DNA of 64,000 nucleotides from a virus (lineage: Duplodnaviria > Caudoviricetes). A model generated the notes under the pieces. It searched no databases. It saw only the letters and a list, made by a program, of their open reading frames with translations, and was not told where the DNA came from. Both the position numbers and the translations under genes were made by a program. The stretch lies in the IMG/VR virus record IMGVR_UViG_2516653058_000003, positions 8,875 to 72,874 of that record, one strand, 5' to 3'. Numbering within the stretch: position 1 is the stretch's first letter; every line of letters begins with the position of its first letter. Below are positions 10,218-19,645 of this stretch, piece by piece.

Positions 10218-10715
10218 TTAGTCGCGTTCCAAGATGACTAAACTGCCTGCGGCACCTGTGCCGCTAATGATGGCAATACACCGCCAAAACTTTTTGGCCG
10301 GGCTGCCAGTCTTCACCTGGGCATTTGGCCCGGTGGGGTTGGACGGGGCGGTTCCGGGAGGGCTTGCCCATTGCTGTGCGCTGCTGGCCGTGCCAAGCGC
10401 CAACTGGGTATCGGCGACGACATAATCACCGACAGCCATAGCTGTGGCCCCTTGGTTGGCGCCGACAAGGGCCTCCACGCGGCCTTCCGTGAGGATTCCT
10501 CCAAAGGCGTAGCCATTGTTTACGGTGTATGGTTCAATTGAATTAACAAACCCGTCAATATCGGCACCGGCAGTCGCCAATACATGTGATGCGGCACCCA
10601 ATTTCACGGCTTTGCCGACATCCTTCGCTGACAACCAAGTATCCGAACCGGAACCTAGTGCATCGGAGATAATGTTGGGATTGGGTACGGTGACCTTTCG
10701 TGTGAAAGCTGTCAT
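10218..10715 (-). CDS. Head decoration/cement protein
   Basis: 165 aa, Gly/Ala-rich and beta-like, between protease and capsid genes (lambda D-like position); GGAGG RBS. Confidence 0.6.
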   Translation of the reverse strand: MTAFTRKVTVPNPNIISDALGSGSDTWLSAKDVGKAVKLGAASHVLATAGADIDGFVNSIEPYTVNNGYAFGGILTEGRVEALVGANQGATAMAVGDYVVADTQLALGTASSAQQWASPPGTAPSNPTGPNAQVKTGSPAKKFWRCIAIISGTGAAGSLVILERD

Positions 10716-10747
10716 GTTAAGACCTCCATGTCTTATGTTGTTTGTGT

Positions 10748-11314
10748 TTAGTTACGTCGTTTATTGAAGCTGTTTTGTTGCAGACGGGCTTGGTCGAGAA
10801 CTGGGGGGCCAGACGATTCGTCAGTTTCCTCGGACTCTACCGCCGCCACTCCGCCCACTTTGAATTTGCTCATAAAAGTGGTGGTAGTTTTAGCGTGTTG
10901 GGCTAACAGGGTTTCGGCGGGCAGTTCGGACATGTCGATAGGTGTGCCGCCCATTGCGACTTGCATTTTTTGTAAGCTGAGGTGGATTATGTCTTTCATC
11001 GGCTGGTGGGTCGCCTCAAATTTGGCGACGGCATTAGAGGCTTCAGCCAGCTGCGAAGTCAGTTCCAGAATCTTGCTGTCTTTAGCGGCCAATTCAGCTT
11101 TTAAGAAGGTGACGACCTCTGATTCCCCAATAGTGCCGACAACCAAGGCAGACTCCGTATTTTCTGTTTGGGAGTCTTCCAGAGAAGATTCGGCGGCGGT
11201 TTCGGCAGCCAATGCGGCTGCCGCTTCAGTGCCTAGGACAACAGCAGGGTCCGCCCCTGCCAAAAGGGCGGCTTGCTGTTGTTCCGTCATAGCGGGTCTG
11301 GGTATTTTGCTCAT
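10748..11314 (-). CDS. Putative nested scaffolding protein (in-frame internal start)
   Basis: TAAGGAAACCACATAT-ATG lies in frame at codon 281 of the protease; same arrangement as lambda C/Nu3. Confidence 0.5.
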   Translation of the reverse strand: MSKIPRPAMTEQQQAALLAGADPAVVLGTEAAAALAAETAAESSLEDSQTENTESALVVGTIGESEVVTFLKAELAAKDSKILELTSQLAEASNAVAKFEATHQPMKDIIHLSLQKMQVAMGGTPIDMSELPAETLLAQHAKTTTTFMSKFKVGGVAAVESEETDESSGPPVLDQARLQQNSFNKRRN

Positions 11315-12154
11315 ATATGTGGTTTCCTTACCATTTGATTTTTTGTCTAATTGTGATTGCAGCGTAGCGATCAACCCATCCAGGGTTGTCACGTCGTCCA
11401 CCAACCCAGCGTCCTTAGCTTGTTGCCCTACCCACGTTTGCCCGTTAGCCCAATTTGTCCAGACAAAATCTGAAGATATACCGCGATACTGGGCAACCCG
11501 GTCTGAGAACACCCGGTGCAGCACATCAGAGTGCTCTTGGATTTGCGCCTTGGCTTCGTCGCTAAGCTTCTCATAAGGGGTTCCTAGGGCTTTCTTATCC
11601 CCTGAACGGATAACCGTTGGTTTGACGCCATTTTGGCGGAGGTTTTCCGAGTAGTCTTTGTGTATCGTAATGACGCCGATGCTTCCGACAGTGGCCACTT
11701 CCCCTGCATATAAGTTACGGCAGGAAGACATGGCCCAATAGCCTGCGGACGTGGCGTGGCCTCCGGTGTACCCATCAATAGGGAATCCCATTGAAGTCAG
11801 TTGCCGGATAAGGTTGCCAAGGTCGGAGAGGCCGTTAGGCGTGCCGCCTCCTGTGTCAAAGTTTATGACACAGGAGGCGGCATCAGTGTGGGCATACGCT
11901 TCGAAAAGTGCGCGGCGGATTTGATTATACGACGTGTCGCCAAAATACCAAGTGCGCCAGGAGTCATCATTGGTCAATACACCAGTGACGTCGATGACGG
12001 CAACATTGCCGAACAAGGTGAAATACTCAGGGGGGTCGGAGGAGAGGCTATCTGACGTGATGCTGCCTGACAATAAGGCGGCATTTAAGCCCTCTTGCCT
12101 GGCGACGTAGTCGTTGTACTGCTGTAGGCTTCCTAGCCAGTGCGTAGCTTCCAT
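10748..12154 (-). CDS. S49-family prohead protease with C-terminal scaffold region
   Basis: Motifs NFDTGGG, HATSAGYW (catalytic Ser), GSIGV and SGDKKALG (Lys). The C-terminal third is acidic and helical. Confidence 0.85.
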   Translation of the reverse strand: MEATHWLGSLQQYNDYVARQEGLNAALLSGSITSDSLSSDPPEYFTLFGNVAVIDVTGVLTNDDSWRTWYFGDTSYNQIRRALFEAYAHTDAASCVINFDTGGGTPNGLSDLGNLIRQLTSMGFPIDGYTGGHATSAGYWAMSSCRNLYAGEVATVGSIGVITIHKDYSENLRQNGVKPTVIRSGDKKALGTPYEKLSDEAKAQIQEHSDVLHRVFSDRVAQYRGISSDFVWTNWANGQTWVGQQAKDAGLVDDVTTLDGLIATLQSQLDKKSNGKETTYMSKIPRPAMTEQQQAALLAGADPAVVLGTEAAAALAAETAAESSLEDSQTENTESALVVGTIGESEVVTFLKAELAAKDSKILELTSQLAEASNAVAKFEATHQPMKDIIHLSLQKMQVAMGGTPIDMSELPAETLLAQHAKTTTTFMSKFKVGGVAAVESEETDESSGPPVLDQARLQQNSFNKRRN

Positions 12155-12191
12155 GTTTTTCTCTTCGGCATCCTGCCAATAAGGTTAATTA

Positions 12192-12220
12192 ATTATAACC
12201 ATCTGCGGTGACAATACAAA
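12192..12220 (-). promoter_or_regulatory. Candidate late promoter for the protease-capsid operon
   Basis: Minus strand TTGTAT-N16-TATAAT in the intergenic gap. Confidence 0.4.
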
Positions 12221-12490
12221 TTATTTTGGTAGTTTGTCTATCAGCAGGTTAAACAGGCCGTCTAACCTTTGTCCTACGTGGGAAAAGCCATTATCTATTT
12301 TTGTGTAGATTTCGGAGATGTCGCGGTTATGTTGTTCCTTATGTACCGTATCCCGCTCTAACACGGCAATACGGGTGTCATGGGATTCAAGCTTATTTAG
12401 TGCCATCTTAATTCCCGCCAGCACAATAGTCCCCAGCACTACCAACACGGTTCCCGCCCACCCCCATAGCGTATCGTCGTCCAATGTCAT
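12221..12490 (-). CDS. Holin-like membrane protein
   Basis: One N-terminal transmembrane segment (WGWAGTVLVVLGTIVLAGI) plus a coiled coil; GGAGGT RBS; adjacent to the endolysin. Confidence 0.55.
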   Translation of the reverse strand: MTLDDDTLWGWAGTVLVVLGTIVLAGIKMALNKLESHDTRIAVLERDTVHKEQHNRDISEIYTKIDNGFSHVGQRLDGLFNLLIDKLPK

Positions 12491-12494
12491 AGGG

Positions 12495-13124
12495 TTACCT
12501 CCGTGAGTTTTCATAGTCCGCCGCGTATTTTTTTACATTGGCAACATAGTGTTCGTTGGCGTCGGTAGGGGTGCCGGCATTGTAGGCAGATATAACCCCG
12601 TCAATGCCGTGCGAAGCAGAAAATTGCCTATGGAGGTTAACAAAATGCCTAACACCATAGATGATTCCAGGAACCCCACATAAATCTTGGAATTCTCCCC
12701 GAAAACCATATTCGCGGGCAACCGCTCCCATAACCTGCATAGGTCCCCAGGAAGTCTTCTGTCCTTCAAACTCCTCCGAATCTGTTGTAACTCCTGGAAC
12801 TCCAGTAAAACCCCTCGGCAATTTAGCGGTTACAGGTTCCAGTGCCTCCTCAAACTCCGCAGAAGGTGGTATGTGTTCCAGGGGTTCGAAAGATTCTGCC
12901 ATGGCAACTGCCGTGGTTTTCTTGGTTTTGGTTGGCTTAGGCTCGGCCTCTTTGAAAGGTTGGTTTTTAGCCACATCCCATAACCACTGGTAATCCTTTT
13001 CAAACCGGGTGGCATCCATTCTGCCTGAACTTTCCTGCATAGCGATGCCAACCAGGTACCTGGTCCTAAACCCGGCCAACCTGGCCTGGTTTATAATGGC
13101 CGTCTCAATATTTTTTGCGATCAT
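12495..13124 (-). CDS. Endolysin, lytic transglycosylase (SLT/lysozyme-like fold)
   Basis: Motifs GIAMQESSG (catalytic Glu), SWGPMQVMG and SAYNAG. Confidence 0.85.
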   Translation of the reverse strand: MIAKNIETAIINQARLAGFRTRYLVGIAMQESSGRMDATRFEKDYQWLWDVAKNQPFKEAEPKPTKTKKTTAVAMAESFEPLEHIPPSAEFEEALEPVTAKLPRGFTGVPGVTTDSEEFEGQKTSWGPMQVMGAVAREYGFRGEFQDLCGVPGIIYGVRHFVNLHRQFSASHGIDGVISAYNAGTPTDANEHYVANVKKYAADYENSRR

Positions 13125-13150
13125 AAGTCACTCCATTGACTTGGTGGGTG

Positions 13151-14668
13151 TTATTGCGAAGCCCCGCCGGATTTTTGGGGGGCGTCTCCGGTTAGTGCGC
13201 GTCTGGTGGGGTCGCCGCCATTGGCGACCGCTTTTGGATCCATAGCCTGTTTTCCCTTTTCATAGAACATGGTGCCAGACAAAGGCGGGGCACCAGGGGC
13301 ACGAAGGCCTGTGTTTAGGTCTTGGGCCGCTTCCTGATCGGTCTTAAACCCTAACGACAACAGTTCAAGGATCCGTGCTTGTTTCATCTGTTTGAAAGCT
13401 TCCAGCTCATCCTCAGGACGTAGGTTGACCGGATCGTATTTCGCCTCTACATATCCTTCGAACCCATATAACCTCAAAGCCAGTGTCAATGCCCTAGCCC
13501 ATACGGCCTCAACAGGTTTGCGTATCCCTTCCACATGTTTCAAGAACAGTAGCGACTCGGAACTGGAGATGCTTTGTGATCCGCCGGTAGTGCGCTTTCC
13601 TAGGATAGATAATGGGGTATGTAAGGCTGTGGAAGATTGGCCATCCACTATGTCCATCAAGGGGCCGTAATCTCCAGACGCACCTATCTGCGAATTTAGG
13701 TAGTCCACTTCTGCCGTGTCCCAGAGCACCAAACCAGATTCAGGGTTAAGCCCTGCTATCTGGGTTTCCAAGGCACTACGCACAGAGTCCATCCACTCCT
13801 TCTGCTTATTGAAATCCCCCCGCGCCTCCGTCGGCATGGCCTTCATCACCATTTCGGTGTTAAGGGTCACCACCAGGCGGCTATGCCCGGAGCGGCGCAC
13901 CGCCCGGCGGATGTCCTCAAGCACTTCGGCGTTAAAAACTGCCGCATTCAGGGCGGATTCCAGTGGGGGTTTAGGATATGTGACCGTGACGTCGTGGTCA
14001 AGACGAGCAGAGAAGAATGTGGGGATGTCCAGTATCACCGTGGCGCCTTGCAGTTGCTGCCACGGGATGATTTTGTGGTTGGTGCCGTTGCCGGTATCAA
14101 CCGGGCTAATCCGCCAGCGCAATTTGGACGGGGACACAGGCTGCAGACGGAAAGGCAGCCGCACTTTATCCAATACCAATTCCATCGCACACGCCCCGGT
14201 CAGCAGGATCTCATTCAGCATGGTCTCAGAGACACTGGATAACGGCTGCCGGTCGTCATAGCCGTAGCTGTAGTCGTTTAGATGGGTAAGGTTGGTGAGG
14301 ATGCTAAGCAGGAGTTTTGACCCGTCGTCCGAGAGCTGCTGCCCCATATCGAACACTTTGAACCGCAGTTCCGTATTGGCCAGCCGGACGTAGGACACGA
14401 CAGCCATGGATACATCAGGGGAAATTTTGACCAGGGCGCGTATGGCCTCATACGCGTTGGCCGACGCACGGATGGATTGGATGCTGGTGTTGAAGTAGAA
14501 CGGGGCGGCGTCCGGCAACGGGATATCCACACCCCTGTTGGTGGACAAATCCACTGTCTGGATACCGGCAACCAACTTCCGGGGCAACACAAGCGGCGCC
14601 GTGGCTGGGGATGCCTGGGCAGACCCTTGGGGTTTAGTTTTGGGACTTCTCTTGTTGTTGGCAGCCAT
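13151..14668 (-). CDS. Portal protein
   Basis: 505 aa; located between terminase and protease; mostly helical. Confidence 0.75.
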   Translation of the reverse strand: MAANNKRSPKTKPQGSAQASPATAPLVLPRKLVAGIQTVDLSTNRGVDIPLPDAAPFYFNTSIQSIRASANAYEAIRALVKISPDVSMAVVSYVRLANTELRFKVFDMGQQLSDDGSKLLLSILTNLTHLNDYSYGYDDRQPLSSVSETMLNEILLTGACAMELVLDKVRLPFRLQPVSPSKLRWRISPVDTGNGTNHKIIPWQQLQGATVILDIPTFFSARLDHDVTVTYPKPPLESALNAAVFNAEVLEDIRRAVRRSGHSRLVVTLNTEMVMKAMPTEARGDFNKQKEWMDSVRSALETQIAGLNPESGLVLWDTAEVDYLNSQIGASGDYGPLMDIVDGQSSTALHTPLSILGKRTTGGSQSISSSESLLFLKHVEGIRKPVEAVWARALTLALRLYGFEGYVEAKYDPVNLRPEDELEAFKQMKQARILELLSLGFKTDQEAAQDLNTGLRAPGAPPLSGTMFYEKGKQAMDPKAVANGGDPTRRALTGDAPQKSGGASQ

Positions 14669-14700
14669 TTGACATCCGTGTCATAGGGTTTGGTGAGTTG

Positions 14701-14709
14701 ATTATATCA
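14701..14709 (-). promoter_or_regulatory. Candidate extended -10 promoter for portal/lysis genes
   Basis: Minus strand TGATATAAT (TGn-TATAAT) about 33 nt upstream of the portal ATG. Confidence 0.45.
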
Positions 14710-14731
14710 ACATTTTCCTGGCGTTAAAGCC

Positions 14732-14944
14732 TTATATGTAACTCAAGGCCGACTTGCCCTTAACGATCACCTTCGCCGTCCGCTTGTCGCCGTGGGAAAG
14801 GTTCCATGATTCCAACTCCTCGACTGTGGCTTTCAACGTTTTCCGGTAGAGGTTCAGCATCGCCACAACCTCCTCAACCGCCATCGGCTCCCCGTTGTTC
14901 AGGATAACCGCCCCGTCCTCCATCACCCCTTCTGTAAATTTCAT
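14732..14944 (-). CDS. Hypothetical protein
   Basis: 70 aa, coupled to the upstream ORF by a 4-nt overlap. Confidence 0.6.
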   Translation of the reverse strand: MKFTEGVMEDGAVILNNGEPMAVEEVVAMLNLYRKTLKATVEELESWNLSHGDKRTAKVIVKGKSALSYI

Positions 14945-15171
14945 AGCTTACCGGAAGTCTTTTCCGGCTCCCCGATTAAAACCTTGCCTCCAATTAGCAC
15001 ACTGGTGGTGATACCTGTCCCCGGTATCTGGGACAAACCTAACATGACCAGAATCCAAACCAAAAGCGCGTTAGCCAACACATTGAACAAAGCAAGCACG
15101 GCACCCGCCAAAACCTTAAACACCTTGCCAGCCCCCACATATTCCACCACTGTTTCAGTTGTTGCCGGCAT
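14941..15171 (-). CDS. Small membrane protein
   Basis: 76 aa with a long hydrophobic stretch. Confidence 0.55.
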   Translation of the reverse strand: MPATTETVVEYVGAGKVFKVLAGAVLALFNVLANALLVWILVMLGLSQIPGTGITTSVLIGGKVLIGEPEKTSGKL

Positions 15172-15183
15172 TTTAATTGCCTC

Positions 15184-16929
15184 TTATTGAGAAACTGTGC
15201 CGACCCGTATCTGATGTATCGTCGGCACCGGCACCCATCCGACATACTCCTCCCCTAAAATATCATCCGCCATCGACAGGTAATTACCTGCGTGGAAATA
15301 ATGGTCTTCCCCTGATTTTACCCAATTGGATTCTTCCTCTTTCTTACTACCCACTTCCAATAACCTATCAATCCGTTTCATCCCTTGGAAATGCTTCCTG
15401 ACCGCCTCCATCTCGTCCATCGCCGGCCACTGTATGTCCCCATGGTTCACCTTTTTGGCAAACAGGTTAAGGGTTTTGGTGCGGTTCGATTTAACCACCC
15501 ACTCCTTCTCGTCCACGATATAAAGAGGCAGCCTGTTATCGGTCAGCGTATAGAAATTGGGCAGCACCCAACCTTCCGGCCTGGCGCTTTGTATCGCCAT
15601 GATGGAGGGGGTGTAAGGCATCCCGTCCGACACCAGCTTGATCACCCCATATTGGCGCAGGCGTAAAGTGACCTTCACTTTCAGGTCATCGTCCTCGTTC
15701 CCTTCCAACCGTATCTGTTCAGCCCACAACACGTCCAGCTTACCGGTGCTGTAGTTCCGTTTGCCGATCAGCAGCCAGCTAACCTTGCCCACGTCCAACC
15801 CCGCCACGCAGCCGGTAATTCCTAAAGCCTGGGCCAAGTCCGGCGGCACCGGCCTTACCGAAATGTTTTCCTTAACTTTCTCGTCAAGGATGGAGTTAGA
15901 CGAGTCGGAATGCGCCAGCCCCAGCACAAAGTTTTTGAAGTGGTTAAGGTTGTTTTTGTAGGAGATCAGCTTATGGATGATACTCAGCGGCGTGTGGTAC
16001 TCAGGGAAATCCAACGGGCTTAAGTGGAACCCTTCCTGCATGGTGACGGAAGGGAACTCCGCCACCCATTCCCGGTAGTCGGGGCCGAGGTTTTCTTTTG
16101 TGATCGGTTTGTAACAATATTCACACAGCAACTGCGCCCCTGCCAAAAGCCCTTTTGACTCCAGCAACGTCGCATCCAGATATGACATCTCATCCATCGG
16201 CCTGTCCCATCCGGGCACGACAACGTGTTTGTAGAACTGCGGCCAAAAATGGGACGCGCAGTGTTTGCACTTCACCAGGCGCTTGAACTGGTTAGATTGG
16301 GAATACAGGTAATCTACCCCAATACCCACCGCCGTCGGCGTGCTCAGTTTCCGTTTGATCCCCCGTGTCCCGGTCTCTTCATCGACAAACCGGCTATGGG
16401 TCAGCCGCGACTCCGCCGTCGCCACGTTTTCGCTGTTACAAAAATCCAGTTCGTCTATGACCAGCAAGTCAGTCGGGACCGAGATGATAGCCCTGCCGTG
16501 CGTGCCTCCGGTGACCAGCTGGGAACTGCCAATCTGCTTGAACGAAGACGAATCCGACCCCGCCACCAGAATGGATTTCAGGTAGGGGGACGTTCGGATG
16601 ACCGGGTCAACACGGGATTTGGTGAAACGTTGCGACTCCCCGACCGTAGGCAGAAGGTACATGGCCACCACGTCCTGCTCCACTGACAGAAACCCTAGCA
16701 CCAGCCTCGCCGTCAGCTCGGTCAGGCCGATCTGTGACGGCTTGATCGTGACCGAATTGTTGTGCCTGCTGTCCAGGATGGCCCGGTGCGCCTCGTGGCC
16801 TTTAAGGGAGTATGGGCGGCCTGATAGCCTGGTGTTCTTCTCCAGCCAAAAAGACAAACGCCCAAGGGAAGACTGGCGGTCTAGCGCGTCCTCCACTTGG
16901 GCGATAAATTCCTCATATAACTGGTGCAT
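15184..16929 (-). CDS. terL: Terminase large subunit (GpA-like)
   Basis: KPSQIGLTE (Walker A-like), LLVIDELD (Walker B), STPT, CKHC zinc motif, GLDVG (nuclease Asp) and C-terminal DHYFHA. Confidence 0.9.
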   Translation of the reverse strand: MHQLYEEFIAQVEDALDRQSSLGRLSFWLEKNTRLSGRPYSLKGHEAHRAILDSRHNNSVTIKPSQIGLTELTARLVLGFLSVEQDVVAMYLLPTVGESQRFTKSRVDPVIRTSPYLKSILVAGSDSSSFKQIGSSQLVTGGTHGRAIISVPTDLLVIDELDFCNSENVATAESRLTHSRFVDEETGTRGIKRKLSTPTAVGIGVDYLYSQSNQFKRLVKCKHCASHFWPQFYKHVVVPGWDRPMDEMSYLDATLLESKGLLAGAQLLCEYCYKPITKENLGPDYREWVAEFPSVTMQEGFHLSPLDFPEYHTPLSIIHKLISYKNNLNHFKNFVLGLAHSDSSNSILDEKVKENISVRPVPPDLAQALGITGCVAGLDVGKVSWLLIGKRNYSTGKLDVLWAEQIRLEGNEDDDLKVKVTLRLRQYGVIKLVSDGMPYTPSIMAIQSARPEGWVLPNFYTLTDNRLPLYIVDEKEWVVKSNRTKTLNLFAKKVNHGDIQWPAMDEMEAVRKHFQGMKRIDRLLEVGSKKEEESNWVKSGEDHYFHAGNYLSMADDILGEEYVGWVPVPTIHQIRVGTVSQ

Positions 16930-17363
16930 TATTTGAACCGCTCCTTCAGGAGCGACAGAAACCGGGCTTGTATTGCCGGGTCAACCTCTTTGAGGGTCTC
17001 GACCAGGACTTGTTGGAGGGTTCTTACCCTGTCCTGGTTGTAAATTTTCTCAAGGGTCGTCTGGAGGGTCTTGATCAGAGACGTAGAGGCCGTCAAGGCT
17101 TCTTTCGCCTCGCGGATGTCGGGTATTTGGGCGCCGTTGTCAGGTATGGCCTGGCTTCTCAAAGCTTTGGCGGCCTTGATCTGGCTCATGATCTCCTCGT
17201 GGAGGTCAAAATCGGAGCCGTTGCCTATTTGGCTGTCGCTTGGTGCTGAGAAATTGTCCTGCAGGTATTGCCTGACTTCTTTTGGCAGGTAAGAGCGGCG
17301 TTTTATCAGAAATTCCGCCAATTCCATTGGCGGGACCCCTACCGCGGTGTCTTCGAAGGCCAT
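16929..17363 (-). CDS. Putative terminase small subunit
   Basis: 144-aa helical ORF directly upstream of and overlapping terL. Confidence 0.55.
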   Translation of the reverse strand: MAFEDTAVGVPPMELAEFLIKRRSYLPKEVRQYLQDNFSAPSDSQIGNGSDFDLHEEIMSQIKAAKALRSQAIPDNGAQIPDIREAKEALTASTSLIKTLQTTLEKIYNQDRVRTLQQVLVETLKEVDPAIQARFLSLLKERFK

Positions 17364-17509
17364 ATCCGTGCCTATTGGGTGATTGTTACGTCCATGTGCC
17401 CCGCGATCCGTGCAGGTTGTTGGCCATCTGGGCCGGTCCGTTAGCGGCTAATGTAGCGGGAGAAGGGGTGTGGGGATAGGTGTTAGGCGGGTAAACGACA
17501 AAATGTCAG

Positions 17510-18220
17510 TTATTTGCGGGAAATGGCTTGCCTGATGTCTTCCACGGCCTCGTTCATAATGTCCTGCATAAGGTATGTGTATCCACGGGCGTCATAACCG
17601 TCTTTGTAATAAAGTCCTTGCGTGATGTCGGTGTCCTTTTTGTATTCCTTATGCCAGACAACGGCGTTAGTGTGCAGGTTTGTGAGTTTCAAACCAATAT
17701 CCAATACGTTTTTCGACGTGCCTACTGGCAGCCCCACCAACCATAACAGCGGCCCTTGCACGGACAGTCCATAAGTCCATAGCTTTCCCTCGTAGTCGGT
17801 GGATAAAACCTCACCTTCCAGCAGATAGTCCGCCTTGTCCTTATCGCCTCCGAACGTGAAGAACACATCCTGGAACACGCCGGCCTCTTTCAGGCTGTAA
17901 ACGGAGGCCTTGGCGAGGTCTTCGCTGACATTGAACTCGAATTCGGAGATGGTGTTGAACATCCTGGCGGCCTCAGGGCGCTGGTATGTGCCATAGCCAT
18001 AAGGCATCAACGGTATCAGATAAAGCCAATATGTGCCGGATTGGTTCTCATCCCCGCGTTTCTCTTTGAAGGGGGTCACCGCCACCTTGCTTTGCGGGAG
18101 GAACGTGTCGCCGATATGCCTTACGTCCTTAACGTCTGCGGGGTAGACAAATTTTGCCGTGGTTCCGCAGCCTTGTAGGGCAACCAGGAGGGTTATGGCA
18201 AGCAGTGGTTTTATTAGCAT
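17510..18220 (-). CDS. Lipoprotein
   Basis: Signal peptide with lipobox LQG-C (MLIKPLLAITLLVALQGC) followed by an alpha/beta globular domain. Confidence 0.75.
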   Translation of the reverse strand: MLIKPLLAITLLVALQGCGTTAKFVYPADVKDVRHIGDTFLPQSKVAVTPFKEKRGDENQSGTYWLYLIPLMPYGYGTYQRPEAARMFNTISEFEFNVSEDLAKASVYSLKEAGVFQDVFFTFGGDKDKADYLLEGEVLSTDYEGKLWTYGLSVQGPLLWLVGLPVGTSKNVLDIGLKLTNLHTNAVVWHKEYKKDTDITQGLYYKDGYDARGYTYLMQDIMNEAVEDIRQAISRK

Positions 18221-18245
18221 GTGGTGGTTCCTCTATGGTGTGTGT

Positions 18246-18530
18246 TTAATCATCCATGCGCCAGTCCGGCGTAGATATGTGATCTTCCCAATGTCCAGGC
18301 TCTAAATCGTCCCGCTCCCATTGGTAATCCCGTCCCCTCTGGTAATACCCAACATTGGCGACATTCCGTCTAACGTCAAATTCTTCATCTTCCATCTGTA
18401 AACTTGCCATATGGCTTTTGGTTGGGTTTGCTTCTTCTTCAATCCGGGTGGTCAGATAATCCAAAACCTCAACTACGTGACCATCTGTAAATTTGGTATT
18501 TGGAGCCACTACAGCAAACCAAGAATACAC
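18246..18530 (-). CDS. Hypothetical acidic protein
   Basis: 94-aa ORF in the same orientation as the late arm. Confidence 0.5.
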   Translation of the reverse strand: MYSWFAVVAPNTKFTDGHVVEVLDYLTTRIEEEANPTKSHMASLQMEDEEFDVRRNVANVGYYQRGRDYQWERDDLEPGHWEDHISTPDWRMDD

Positions 18531-18672
18531 AACTTCCTGTACACATGGGTGAGGTATGCCGTCAGCTGTTGTGAGTCCACGAAGATTGTTAGCCTTAACT
18601 ACTTTGTATAGGGTCTATGCTAACGCTTTAAGCTCCTTGCGTATCTTACTGAAACTCATAGTAGCCTCTGGG

Positions 18673-19035
18673 TTATTTGGCTTTTACTTCAGAATAGCGA
18701 AGATGTTTAGGGTTGAGCAGATGAGAAGGGAACAGTTGTGGTTGTTCTTTGAACCGGCGTTGGAGTTCCTGGAGCGAGGTCAGGTTACGTTTACGGGCTG
18801 TTTTGTATATGGCTTGGTGTGATACACCTAAATAATGGCACCACTCGTCCAAGGTAAGGTCAATGCCGTTTATTGGGAAGTTTAATGTCAATTTAGGGGA
18901 AAACGCCAATGCCGACTCCACCGACCCGGTGCGCTGCACTCTCGTCCTAAACGTGGATGGGTTAACCCCGGTGGCTATTGCCAAAGATTTTTGCGTTTCC
19001 ATTTCGGTTCCGAACCAGTTATTGAAGTTTCTCAA
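18673..19035 (-). CDS. Putative HTH-like DNA-binding protein
   Basis: Basic; INGIDLTLDEWCHYLGVS resembles the small DNA-binding modules attached to phage HNH/AP2 proteins. Confidence 0.45.
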   Translation of the reverse strand: MRNFNNWFGTEMETQKSLAIATGVNPSTFRTRVQRTGSVESALAFSPKLTLNFPINGIDLTLDEWCHYLGVSHQAIYKTARKRNLTSLQELQRRFKEQPQLFPSHLLNPKHLRYSEVKAK

Positions 19036-19178
19036 ATACTGTCAAAATTTGTCTCAGATGTCAACCCCTGGCTGGAAAATCGTAAAAAATTGTCCGAGGG
19101 ACCTACTGCACCTCCCCAAACCCCCGGTGTAATCGGGATGGCCGGGGTTGGCGGCATGGCAACCCTCCTCACACCCCA

Positions 19179-19229
19179 TGTGACAATTTTTGTCACAATG
19201 TGACAATTTTGTATAACACTTTTGTCACA
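19179..19229. repeat. Four TGTGACAA octamers in alternating orientation
   Basis: TGTGACAA at 19179 and 19199; TTGTCACA at 19190 and 19222; located in the divergent intergenic region. Confidence 0.85.
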
Positions 19230-19645
19230 TCAGGGTAAGCCGCTGAGGGTGGCGTTAGAGCTAAGTCATTGATTTATAAGGTAAATCACAATGTGGCACG
19301 GCATGTGCTTTATTATTTGCCGTAAGGGTTGCATGTTGCGACACATCGCCCTACCCGCTCTTATCAGATAGGCTTAGGCACTGTGACCTAAGCAGGTGAT
19401 TGCCTCATTATAGTACCGCCATAAGTTACGGTTTAACCGTGCCTATGCCATGCCATAACGAAGTAAATCAGCTACACACTAGCAAAGTGTAGCCATACCA
19501 GCAATGTAGGACACTTGCCCATAGAGTCTTATAAACCGTTGCGTGATTATCTTACACAATAGGGTAATGACGCAACAGGTACAAAACCCAAAACAGGCAA
19601 ATATTTGCCTTAACCATACCGCCCACAATGGGCAAAGGTGCAACC

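Noticed and set aside
19179-19197. CRP-binding site
   Set aside because: TGTGA and TCACA are 9 bp apart rather than 6.
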